DNA of 64,000 nucleotides from positions 124,001 through 188,000 of the forward strand of contig DF237054.1 in NCBI GenBank assembly GCA_000708835.1. The letters run 5' to 3'. The position numbers were made by a program, and so were the translations under genes. The stretch is from Klebsormidium nitens. Its lineage: Eukaryota > Plantae > Klebsormidiophyceae. Below are positions 8,856-20,300 of the stretch, piece by piece. Each line of letters opens with the position of its first letter. Positions within the stretch are counted from its first letter, which is position 1. The notes below the pieces were generated by a model that did not search any database, was not told the origin of the DNA, and saw nothing but the letters and a program-made list of their open reading frames with translations.

Positions 8856-9380
8856 TCACACCAAGTCTTGAGCGTCGTTCACAATCTGAAGAATCGCTCC
8901 AATGTCGGGGCTGTCCAAGCGGCCCCAGCTCGACGGAAAAAGTGCGTCCAACTCGGCCATGTCCGCCAGCTCTGGCGTGCAGGGCCTGATGAAGAGCCCC
9001 ATCTCGTCTTTGGTGGATTCCTCCATCTGTTCCAGCTCCGGCAGCATGCCCTGGTCGCCATGCTCCTTCAGCTCCCTCCATTGCATCGTCCAGCCCTCCG
9101 AGGCCTGTTCCTCTGTCGAGCTCTCAGAAGCTGCCAGCAATTCACGCCCCGCGTCAGGCCATCTGCGCATGCAACCATGGGTACACCGCGCCCGGCCGGC
9201 TTCGGGCGGGTCTTCGGTTGCGTCCATCTTCATGATGTCGCCCAGAACAGGCTCAAGGATCAGGGCTGAAATTGCGGCGCTCTTGCACGTCGAGTGGGTC
9301 CAGGGCGTAAGCTTTGAAACCGGAAAGAACGGCCGACGCACTCGCCGGTGGGTGTCTGGGTGGTGTGGCGGCTTCTTCAC
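8856..9380 (-). CDS. Hypothetical protein (174 aa), possibly decayed
   Basis: Longest ORF in this stretch, with an acidic helical C-terminal half. No motif recognised. Confidence 0.3.
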   Translation of the reverse strand: MKKPPHHPDTHRRVRRPFFPVSKLTPWTHSTCKSAAISALILEPVLGDIMKMDATEDPPEAGRARCTHGCMRRWPDAGRELLAASESSTEEQASEGWTMQWRELKEHGDQGMLPELEQMEESTKDEMGLFIRPCTPELADMAELDALFPSSWGRLDSPDIGAILQIVNDAQDLV

Positions 9381-9429
9381 AGGCTCCAGGAGGAAGGAAT
9401 GGATGGATGGTTAGTGGAAGGGTTTCAAA

Positions 9430-10209
9430 CCTCACTCACTAGGAAGCAGCAAAATTATTAGACGGACAGCCAAAGTAGGAAAGGGCGACGAAGATTTCCT
9501 TTCGACCTTCTCGGACGCACATTCCAGAAGGCTTTTGGCATCTTGAAGCAGACCAGAAGCATCCCCATGACACTGCAACCATCGTCAAGCCTTTCTGCGC
9601 ATTTTTTGGTCAGAAGTTTCAATATCAATTCTCACCTGCTTGACCATCTCAAGCTGTCTCCTTTTCTTGGCCCGCGCAGAGGAGCCCATGTACTCCATTG
9701 CCGGAAGCAAGTGCATCTTGCAGCGCTCGGGGCGGGCGCGGTGCTCACCAGTGAGCTTGTTGGGCCAGCCGTACGAGGGACGTGTCTTGCAATCCCCCGG
9801 GGCTCTGCATGGGAGGCCTTTGGTCGCGCACATCATCTGCGAAGTACCATGAGCCTTGCAGCGCGTGCGACGGATCACATGGCTGCCAGGGACCTGAACA
9901 CCGTACGAAGCGATTGTGCGGCAGCCGGTGAAGCTGCATCTGGAAAGAAGGGCAAGGTTTGAGCACGGCTTTTGGAAAGTAATGCTCCGAATTCCAACGA
10001 AGTTCGTATTGATTCCACGATTTTGCTCGTAACCCTTTTCCTAACGAGCGTTGTGCCCGATTCACATGCACATAAGCAGTGCGCAGTGCGATAGTGGTAA
10101 GTGATTTTTTTTTCTGACATTTGCAGATGGGGGGCCCCCACCTCACTCCGTACACAATCATCAAATACGCATATTCTTCAGGAGAGAGAGAATCGTGTGG
10201 AAAGGTCAC
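9430..10209 (-). pseudogene. EsV-1-7 cysteine-rich repeat protein, frameshifted and with internal stop
   Basis: CRAPGDCKTRPSYGWPNKLTGEHRARPERCKMHLLPAMEYM matches the EsV-1-7 consensus C..xC.K.P.(F/Y)G.......C..H...GM. The upstream part (9745-10209) is in a different frame. The stop at 9585 (TGA) is followed by more open frame. Confidence 0.6.
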
Positions 10210-12219
10210 TATTAGTATTCAGTCTTGAAAGGACGAGCTGAGCTGCAACATAAAATGGAAGCCTGAAACAGACAGCGAATTTCCGATTCGCTGCTCTGAT
10301 CCTCTTTTCTGGACATGCATTCGGCAAATCAAACCTGCAAAAGGTTTGATGCCTGTACCTATGAGGACGATACAAGAGCTCAACATTATAGCCTTTTAAA
10401 AAAAACAGACTTGCACTGCAGCGATGTACACCGTCCTAGTCCATACCTGGCGCTGATAAGATCCTCCATCCCCGTCTCCTTGTGTGAGCTGCAACAGGTT
10501 GGCCGGGAATCTTCCCCGAAGCCATACGAAGGGCGCTTGACGCAGATTTCGCCGCCACCATGACATGTGGCTTCCAGCAGACCAGGGAGGACATGTTAGC
10601 ACCAGCGAGTAACAGCTGCTTGTATGAAAAGCAGCTATTGGATTCTCGACTTGCTTGCTTCTCTTGGAGGAAGCTTCTTCTCAGCTTATGTGCAAGATAT
10701 CCGAGGGCAACACAAGCATTGCGGTGGAGCCCAGTGCAAGGCAGAGTGAAGGTTTATCCACACCATCTTAGCAATTACAGAACTACTTTTAAGAGTAAAA
10801 GTACTCAAAGCAAGAATGAAAATCCCTGGGAGTGAACATAAAACCATGCAAAAGGTTTGCACACCTTGGTGATGAGACATTCTCTGTACTTTTTGCCGCA
10901 TGCCCATGGCAGGTTGTGCAGCATATGTTGTCTTCATTGCTGCAATTCCCCTGGAGTCAACAGGTGTGCACATAGTGTAGCAGAATTCCTCCATGCCCTT
11001 CACTATTGGTGTACTGCCCCTGCGCCCCCCAACCTCATCGCCTTGCTTGGCCTTGGGAACGATCTCACGCGATGGATGTAGAACGCCCCCGGGGACAACG
11101 CCACAGCAGGTAGTAGGAGGGGGAGACGGCTGCACGAATCTCTGCAGGGGCATGGAAGGTGCACTTTGGTGCACGAAGAAGAGAGCATCTTGGCAAGAAA
11201 TGCTTTTGTTATGACATATTAAAGGGATGATTGCACCAACATATCAAAGAATTCAAAGGCAGAAAGCCATCCCTGACATCACCCACAACTAGGAAGGCAA
11301 GCTCGGCTAAGTTCGAATAACTCGAAACTGGGGAAGCTGCTAACTCACATTTGTGGTCCCTTGCTCTCCAAATGATAGGTCTTCTAAAAACATCTACCGA
11401 TTGGCACCTGCTGCCCAGACTTCAAACCTGGCAAGATATTTTATGCAAAGCGATGCTTTCCCACCTTGTTGTCCAGTTTGCACAAGGCTGCCGCAGCCAT
11501 CTCCTGCATCTCCACAGCCCCAGGGCTGCACTCACTGCTCAGGTTGGGGGGCGAACGTGTCAATGGCTGGCGCCTCCTGCGCACAGCTGCCAATCCCGGA
11601 TGCCGGGATGCCCACCCTTCCTGCCTCCTTGGCAGACTCATCATGGGCACTGCCTTGCCGCAAGGGTCCACATCAGCGAAGGAGATAGCCTGCCCTGCAA
11701 GGTAGGGTGGCATTTGAGCATCTCTACCATGTTGGAGACTACCATGATCTGAGAGGAGGAGTTGCTTAATGTCGGGTCCATTACCTAAGCTATGTCTGCA
11801 CGGCCAGACCACTGCATCCGCTGTGTGCATTTGAGTGGCGATCCTTGGCAAGACATACGCCGTCCTTTCCAAACCCCACAATCCAGCACATGGTGAAATG
11901 GACCACAAAGTTAATAAGGAATCGGTACTGTCAAAACCGTTGCAAGCAGCTGTGAAACATTTTTTACAGTTTGCAGGGACTGCGAGGCTGTGAAACATAC
12001 TACTGGTGGCTGAGAGGTATGGGGGGGGCGGTAACTCAGTCTGCCGCAGGGACACCAAATGTTAGGTCAAAATGCCGACGGGCTCCTCTGCTTTTTGGTG
12101 CGTTATATATGAAGAGACGTCCTATGTTTCTTGTAAAGCAAATGTCCCACGTCTTATGCAACGAACGGGAGACATCAATCATAACACTCATACCTCGCGG
12201 GAATTGCTCGAATACTCAC

Positions 12220-12905
12220 TCTGCTCCTGCTGGTCCAAGCTGCTGCGATGGCGGTCCCCAGGATCCTCAACAGACTGCCTTGATTCGCCAGACTCCTTTA
12301 CTAACGAGCCAATATGCGGCCGGTGACAGCTGCTGGCAGAAGCATCAGGGCGATGTGTCCAGCCATTTTTACTCAGCTCCCAAATGTAGATCCCTATTCT
12401 TTTTCCAACAGACTGAACACACGGAACGTTAGACAGGATATTTCGACACAGATTCTAATTTCGAAACTGCCAGATGGACAAGCGGATCCAGGGTTTTGCA
12501 GGATTCCAGCCCTCAGCCAATCGCACGGCCGCAAAGTGATTCTGGGTCACGTGAGACAATCTATATGTGAATGAGTCTAGTGCTCACCTGCTGGTCCATA
12601 CTGCTGTTTTAGCGGTCCTTGGTTCATCCTTGTTTCTTCTGCTGTGTCCAGCCATATTTACTCAGCTCCAGCGTCGGGTCGGCATGTTAGCGTGCGCGCT
12701 CAGGATCCGGGACGGTACACTCGGCAACTTCTGACAAATTTTTTGACCCAGATTCTGATTTCGAGACTGCCAACCGATCTGGACTCTGCGAATGGGGATC
12801 TTCACCAGATTCGTTTTACAGGGCTTCAGCCATCTCCCCGTCTTTCAGCCAATCGGAACGGTCGTTGAAGATTCTCGGTCACGTGAGACAATCTTTATAT
12901 GTGGT
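12220..12905 (+). repeat. Diverged tandem duplication, two ~330-350-bp units with conserved blocks
   Basis: Blocks shared by units ~12220-12575 and ~12580-12905: CTGCTGGTCC..GCGGTCC; TGTGTCCAGCCAT..TTACTCAGCTCC; GAC.CAGATTCT.ATTTCGA.ACTGCCA; TCAGCCAATCG..CGG; GGTCACGTGAGACAATCT..ATATGTG. Confidence 0.8.
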
Positions 12906-13324
12906 GTTTTCTAAGTTGGCACTGATTATAAGATTTCCACCCGATATTCAGGAACTTTAAGGGAGACCGTGCCGAAACCGGACGGTAGAGTGCAGGTGCA
13001 CGTGTCGACGAGTCGCAATAAAAGCGCGCCGCGACCGAGAGCCACAGCCATGACCAGATTCGCCGCGGCAAAACCGGCGGCCTTGACAATCAAGGTCCCT
13101 CGAGCAGCTCTACGATGAAAAGCTCGAGCCTGGCTGCGCTGCAAGCTGACCGAGATACGCTGCCTACGATACCGCAGCAGTCGTGACGCCTCACCTCCAA
13201 TCTGGCTCTCATCACTTACTTTCAGGGCAGCAGCGCGTCGAACGTACGGAGGAGACCATCGAACTGGCCAACCAAAGGTGCACTGCTTAGGCCGCTTGCC
13301 ATTGTGAGAGCGTTTGCAGTCAAT

Positions 13325-13950
13325 ATGGACAGGTGGGGAAACGTCGCAAGCCTGGAGGTGCAGGAGATAAGCGTTGCTCTGAACATGGAGGATACAGTGC
13401 TCCGCTTGTACGAGAAAATCTCTTGGATGGAAAGTCAACTGTTCCAAGCTTATGTCCAGGTGAACATTTTAAGGTCGGAGAACCTTATTTTGAAGGAGAA
13501 GCATGGCGAGGAAGTGAAGGTGCTGCAAGAAGAGCTCAAGATGGGCAGAATAATGGTGGACAAGTTGGTCACGGAGCAGAATGAGGCGACTTGCAAATTT
13601 TGCATTAAGATGTCCAAATTGGATCTGGTAAGGAGCTTCAGATCCTGCAGCAGTATATTGTGCTACATCTTCAATGAGAAATTGAAGTTGACTGTCTTGA
13701 AGCTCACTGGCTTTGATTGTTGCAAAGCAGGCTGGAAAGTTCTGAACTTGGTCTAACCAATGTGCTGACAGTTTTCTCTTGTCGAGCAGGATGCAATATT
13801 TTGAATCCTATCAACATCAAGGAAAGACCTTGAAGCTGAAAGCTTATCAGAAGGCTTTCAGATGTGTTCAGCAATAAATGATGTTTTTTGTACTATTAAC
13901 AAAGGATCACTAAAGATTTCTACAGGGGGTGCAAAAGGGAGCTATGGCGT
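13325..13950 (+). pseudogene. Spliced coiled-coil protein gene, probably pseudogenised
   Basis: Exon 13325-13627 is heptad-rich (LRLYEKISWMESQLFQAYVQVNILRSENLILKEKHGEEVKVLQEELK) and ends at a GTAAGG donor. The next exon after CAG (~13790) reads DAIF*ILSTSRKDLEAESL..., with TGA likely from CGA. Confidence 0.4.
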
Positions 13951-16390
13951 ATGTTGATGGCAATAGAGCTACAAGATAACACAGGATGTTCTGGTCAATT
14001 GTACAGTCTTCTTTCTCAGGACATTCCCACTGTTTCTGGATGCTCACATGGTTTCTAGTTGACTATGGGCCAGCGCTGACACATGCTCAATTCCTACTCT
14101 AATCATCAACATTTATAATAGTCTTTATGGGACCCTGAACTTTGCAAGGCCAAACTGCACTGTTAATACGTGGTCCATATGACACTCCCAAAACCAAGTG
14201 GAAGGGCCACCTTCTTAGCGCCCATGGTTGCTTTGACAGCCTGCAGAAGTTCAGCGCCTCAATTCCAACAAAACAAGACAGATCTAGAAACATGGCTCGT
14301 CATAAATGTCGAATTTCTCAAGGGGTCCTGCATTGAATTCTCACGTGTTTCCAGCTCCATGCATGTGTCTTTGGTACTACCGACAACCGGTTGGCATATA
14401 TCTGGAAGAAGGGACGTAATCAAGCGACCGCGAAGCATACTTCTGTGGCATTCTGTCGCCAGAGAATGATGTCAGCACTGCTCTCTGGGCGACACTTGAA
14501 GTTACGTACCGTACTGGTAGGGCCGTACAGCAGGCCGCGACGCGACCAGCGCGGCCGCGTGTTCTGGTATTCCAGCAAGCGCGCGCGCGCGGCCCGCCCA
14601 GGTCGCCCGTCGTTTCGACACTGAGTTGCATGATCTCAGCGCCCTTGTGAACAGAAAGAACATAGGAATAACATGTAATTTTTCCTGGAAACTTCAACGC
14701 GCCCTGCCAAGCTGGCTGGAATCATTGACTGTACTTTGATGTGGCATCGAGATTACTCGGTTTTGTGCACTGCGTTGATCTTCTGGTTTGGCATTCACCA
14801 AAACGTCAGTGGGAAAGATGGACGTGAGGTGGACACGTCTAGTAACTTACAAACATGCCCATGCTTGAAACGGACAGTCAAAGAAATGGGCAACGCTTGA
14901 CGTCCCCTTCCCGCCAGGACATCCAAACCGTAGGAACGATTTGTAGCCGCCCCCGCCGACATGGATCGACATACACGCACTTCAACCTTTAAGGAATCCA
15001 ATGAACTACAAGTTCACTGCCATGGCGGCACGCAAATGATGTTAAAGTTGGAGCATCATAGGTGATGCAACTAGACTTGGTGGCATTGGTCGCCTGCGGC
15101 GCCAAGATTGATGTCCACTCACAAGCAACAGACGACGGTGTCGTGTATCTTTCTTCGTCAGACCTGGAAAGACTTTCGAATTTTTCACGTCTTCTTTGTA
15201 CGTGTCACCATGTTTGTGTGGTTTCTGCACCAGGGAATCAGCAAGCCGTTCAGCGTTTCATCCGTCCAAAGCTGCACAAGAATCGTCCCACAGGATTACG
15301 ACAAAGACGTCATGGTATCGTTGGATAGGCGTAGGACTCGTGTCTTGTTGGTCGGCCCCAAGCGTCAGTTCCTTACAGAGTTCTCATGATGCGTGATCTG
15401 ATCGCAACCGGCGCAGCGATGAAAGTTGGTCTAGCTCTATCAGACGCCCATCAGACGCTTGGCTCTAGCTTTTCCATTTGCAATCAGCATCGATCAATGT
15501 GCACCGCTACAAAGATTGCGTCATAAGGCTTGATTACAAGGTCGTTTTATCCTAAGTACACTGTACACGTTTGAGCTCCGGGTAGTATACTTATAACAAG
15601 GAATAGGCTCTGCTCAAATCAGTGCACGAGTGATTCGACTGGGACTGACCTTGAGAACTAAGTCACGATGGTCCCTCATGGGGTCTACTTAACTTCTACT
15701 TCAAATCTACTTAACTTAGAGAAAACGTCGTTAAAATGGCCAAATCATGCGTTATGTAAAAGTCCCCAGGAGAGAGACATAACTTTCGGTAAAAGCGGTA
15801 GCAGCAGATGCAAGACAGGCGCTGTGTCAGGAACGGATTTGCGGATCGGGATGATCAGATAAGAAGCAAGACATCGCGATCGGCAGATGGTTACGCAAAT
15901 ATGACCGTTCTGAGTTGAGCACGGCGCACCGCATACACTGATTAAACGCTCACTAGTGCCAATGCATTCGTTTTCAGAAGACCACGCACCAACCGTTGAA
16001 AGGCGTGAAACCCAAAGTAACGCAGCGCAGGCACATGAAAGCCAATCACACATATAAGAGAGGCAAAATGGTGCATGAACGGAGCGGCAGTAAATGAGTG
16101 TATGCCTCCAGGAAAAAGTATGATTCGTCCTATGAGAATCTCCACTGTACTTGCTGTGCCGCTATCCGCTCTCAAGCCTGCTATTTTGCTAGTGCGGTCA
16201 AGCAGTGACCGTGAGCTCAATGAGTCAGTCCTGCGCAAACCCAACAAACACAAACCCTCACACTGACCTACGTGCGCGCCCTATCCTTACGTAGTACAGT
16301 CAATTGCTACCCAAACCCGTCGAACCTGATACCAACTAACTTAGCAAGGTTGAACTATGCTAACACCTCTAAGATGTAAAGAAATTCACA

Positions 16391-17334
16391 CTATTGGGTC
16401 GTTTTCTCTTCCGGCGCTTGAGCAGGGTTCATCTTTAGGTGCAGTCGCCCCGCCCCTGACGGAACGGAAGGCGGCTTCCACGGACCTTTCCGTTTCCGGG
16501 GGGTCCCGGGAGGTGTGCTCGCCGCACTCGAAGGCCCCCCCGACGCGGAACTCTCTTTCCTAGACCCGGGACCACCAGAATCTACCACCTTATCCTCTTC
16601 GCTTACACTCGTCCGAGAGTCCTGCGACAGAGAGCCGGACTTCCTGCCTGGGGTTTTCGCCTCGGTCATCTTCTCTATCGAGTTTCCGGCGCTTCTGGTG
16701 CCCGGGATCCGTCCCCGGGGTTCCGCCAGTCCGCCCCGCGGATTCCGCTGGCTGCTCACGGCAGAAGACCCCGACTGGCTCCGGGTAAGCGCCGCTCGTG
16801 GGGATGTCGGCGTGGAACGGAAACCGCTGGCGGCCGGAACGGTGCTTCCGGGAATCTCAACGTAGCTCTTCGCGGTTTTCGCCCCTTCAGCGTTACCTCC
16901 GCGCTCGCTTTGCGTCGGAACCGTCAGCACAGGCGGCCGCTTCGCTTTCGTGCCGTTCTTCGCGTTCCGTTCCACTTCCGGTCGTATGTCCGGAACGGTA
17001 ACGAAACCCGTCAGAGCATCTTTTGCATCTTGGAGCGTCTTCGGATCCTTCCCTTCGTCAAAATGACGCCAGCTTTGAGTCCTGGAGGGTGGTTGGGCGC
17101 CCAGGTCATTCCGTCCCCCGGAGTGCCGCCTGCTTTCCGCTCGGGAAGATCCGCCGGAACGGCCGGACGGGGTCGGGACTTCGGACAGTGAGAGGGGCGT
17201 CGGGAGCCACGGGTCGTCCGAAGAGATGTCGTGCACGGTGACTTCCAACCGGGCTAGATTGCCGCTGTCGGAAAGGAGTGACTCCAACCGGGGGACGTCA
17301 CCGACCGTCTGGCTCATCGTCTCTTCCCGCATCC
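16391..17334 (-). CDS. Gene B terminal exon: S/P/G/R-rich disordered tail
   Basis: CAG acceptor at 17335-17337, phase 1. Low-complexity basic tail ends at TAG 16391-16393. Confidence 0.75.
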
Positions 17335-20300
17335 CTGCATCAGTTCGGAATGCTTTGTGAGATGCTTGCAGATGAGTCAGTCTTTCTCCGGTGTTCGAGT
17401 GATATAAAGAAAGCAGTTTATTTTAACGCTCTTCAAATCCGGACATACGAGATAAATCTTCTTAATTCGAACGTGAAAGACGCGTCGGGCGTGCAACTTG
17501 CAAGGTGCTGTCTTCTCCGCTTTTACCTTAACCAACTTGTTCTTCCAAGCCAACATAGCCAGCGAAATGTAAAATAGATTGGTGCCTTCACTTTGCTGCA
17601 ACTTTAGACACCAATCTCGGCATGACCGAAGGTCCAACGACATTCCGAGATACAAAGTAGTAGTTATAAGTCCTAAGTCTTGATTAAACTGGGCCTACGA
17701 TGTGACTGCTAGCAGCGTTCACGTGTGATATTTCTATCCGCTAGGATGAACTGAACCACATCGTATCAACAAACTGGAATTCTAAGGTTTACAGGACTCT
17801 CCAAGCGGCTAATGACCCGCGAATTTCAAAAGCCCCTGTTGTTCCGAGTCCAAGTCTTCTACGGTTCTACTTGGGACCTCCAAGCGGTTGGATATCAAGA
17901 ATAAGGTAGCATCAGCATTGGACGATGAAAATGCCCAGCGACATATAAGCCACAGCGAAGCTCGATAAACAAACACACACCCACCAATCTTTGTACTTTA
18001 GCGTGTTGACGACTCCAGTGATTTCAAAGAAGAAAGAAGAAATGATCGAAACGGTAAGTAATTTTATTGATCTGCTTACCCATCGTAAATTGCTCCACGT
18101 GCTCCTCAAACCCCTCGCTCGCGCGGTCGCTCCGCGGGCTCGCGGCCGCGTCAAGCGCACTGAGCCGCCGGCTGGATCCTCCGTCCAGGCTGCTGACGCT
18201 GCTCTCCATGCTCGCGCGCACCGATCGCTGGATTGACGTCACCTCCAGCGAGAGAGCGCTCGCGCGCTCCTCGACCACCGTGTTCTGGCGCGAGAGCGCG
18301 CGCAGCTGCGCGAGCTCCTTCTCGTCGGGTGCCATCTCGCGCACCATGGTCGCGATGACGCGCTGCAGGCAGTAAAGTAAAGTTTGAGTTGAACATTCGG
18401 CTCTGAATAGTATAATGCGGGTTGTATGGTTGAAAACAAGGGTTTCGGGTTATATTTCGCATCGAAGGAATCTGGACCATATGTATGTCAAGAAGCTGTA
18501 GCCACGACCATCTTCAAGAAACAAAATCAGCCTGTAAACGGATAAAAGTCCGTGCGTTCTTACGCAACTCAGAACTCTCTCTTCGTATTTTAAAAGTCAT
18601 TTTCTTTGAGATGAACTCGTGGAGGACAGAACCTGAATCAAACCTCAAAGTCATGGTACCTGATTCTTAGCAGTACTCTGTGTGCCATAATCAGACGACA
18701 TGAAAAAGCGGATGCAAACTTGCAGTCTTCAACGGCGACTGGGGCTATCGTTTGATGTTGTATTGGCGAGAAGCACCAAAACTGAGGGATGAAGCTATTT
18801 TGTCTTTCTGATTGCCGGAGTGCACTGGTCCAAACGAGTGAAATCAAGTCGAAAGCTTATCAAGATATCAGGCCTTTCGAAATTACATAAGCCCAGTGCT
18901 CATGAACGAAGCCCGAGACACTATCTTTAACTGATTGTCAGGCTACAAAAATGAGCCGATGCAAACTTGCAGTCTCGAAGGCTACTGGGGCTCCCTTTAC
19001 TTCATCAAACTCCTGATGAACGGCGAGAAGCACCAAAAGGAGACTGGATATCTGTGTTCTCTTCGCGTTTGCCAAAATGACCCAGCCTAAATGGAGTTGT
19101 GTTGCAGAAATTCATGAGGCCTGCTTAATTTACACGAACTGTGTTCACGCGTGAAGCGGGCCTCACCTGCAGATGCTGCACTTGTTGCCGCAGCGCCTCC
19201 TCCCCTTCGCTCCCTGCGGCCGCGCGCGGCACTACCATCCACAGCTCGTCCGCGTGTCCGGCCACTCCCGACTCGACACGTGTCCTCGTCACCTCCAGAA
19301 CCTCCGCGCGCAAAACCTCGCACCGCGCCTCGCACTCCTCGAGCGCGCCGCGAAGCCATGAGATCTCGCGTTCCGAGTCCGCGCGCGCGTCCGCGGACTC
19401 CGTTGCCTGCTGCTTCAGCGCGCGCTCGAGGCGCGCGACCTCGCGCCGGAGCGAGGGGACCTCCTCGTGGGCGCGCTCGCGCGCGCTCAGCAGCGACGTC
19501 AGGCTGACGACCTGGTCCCGGAGCTCCTGCTCGACGGAGTCGCCCGCGAACGACACGTGGTCCATCTGCAGCGCGAGCGGTTCAGACCGCGCTTTGCGGA
19601 CCGGTGCCCCGTAGAGAAGGTTATCTTCAACCGATTCTGACATCACATCTTCCGTTCGCTCGTTACGGTCCGCTTCTTCTGTCCGCTCGATAGGGAGAGT
19701 TTTCGTGATGACGTCGTTGAAGTGCCGTCTTCCGGCCCCTTCTCCGCCCTCCTCAGCGGAACGCTGCAGCGTGGCTGGCGCCGAGGCCGACCGGAGCCGC
19801 TCCGCCGCGACCGCCTCCCAGGCCAAAACCTCCAAACCCCGCAGGGACGCGCGGCGCAGGCCCACGATCATCGGCGGCAGCGCGGCCGCGGTCTCGCTCT
19901 TTGCGCGCGGCTTCCCCTCGCGGCCGGCGCGCGCGCCAAACTCCTCTTCCGGTTCCCGCCCGGCCACCGGCTCCGAAACGGTGAGCGACAGGCGGTGCAT
20001 GATGCTCGCGCCCAAACCCTCCAAACCCTGGATCCGGCTCGCGCGCAGCGCCTCCGCGGCCGCGACGAGCGCCGCCTCGCGGTCGGCCAGCTCTGCGCGC
20101 AGGCTCAGCAGCTCTTCCTTCACGATGGCCACGTCGGCCTCGCGTTTTCTCGCCAATACTAGCTCCTCCCGCAGCCTCGCCACGAGCGCCTCCAGCGCCT
20201 GCCGGCTAGTATGTTCCTCGCTCTCGTTCTCGGAGCTGATGGTTGACGTCGGCGTGACGTTGCGCTGCTGCCGGCCTGCCAGCTGGCGCCTCAAGAGGGC

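Noticed and set aside
10290-10400. IVLIGTGIKPF resembling an FNR-type NAD(P)-binding motif
   Set aside because: Short frame with no other FNR motifs; likely chance.
10686-12058. ORFs 10686-11174 and 11441-12058
   Set aside because: In the CpG-decayed zone with no recognisable motif; could be remnants but cannot be called.
14506-14520. TACCGTACTGG similar to the MITE terminus
   Set aside because: No matching inverted end found nearby.
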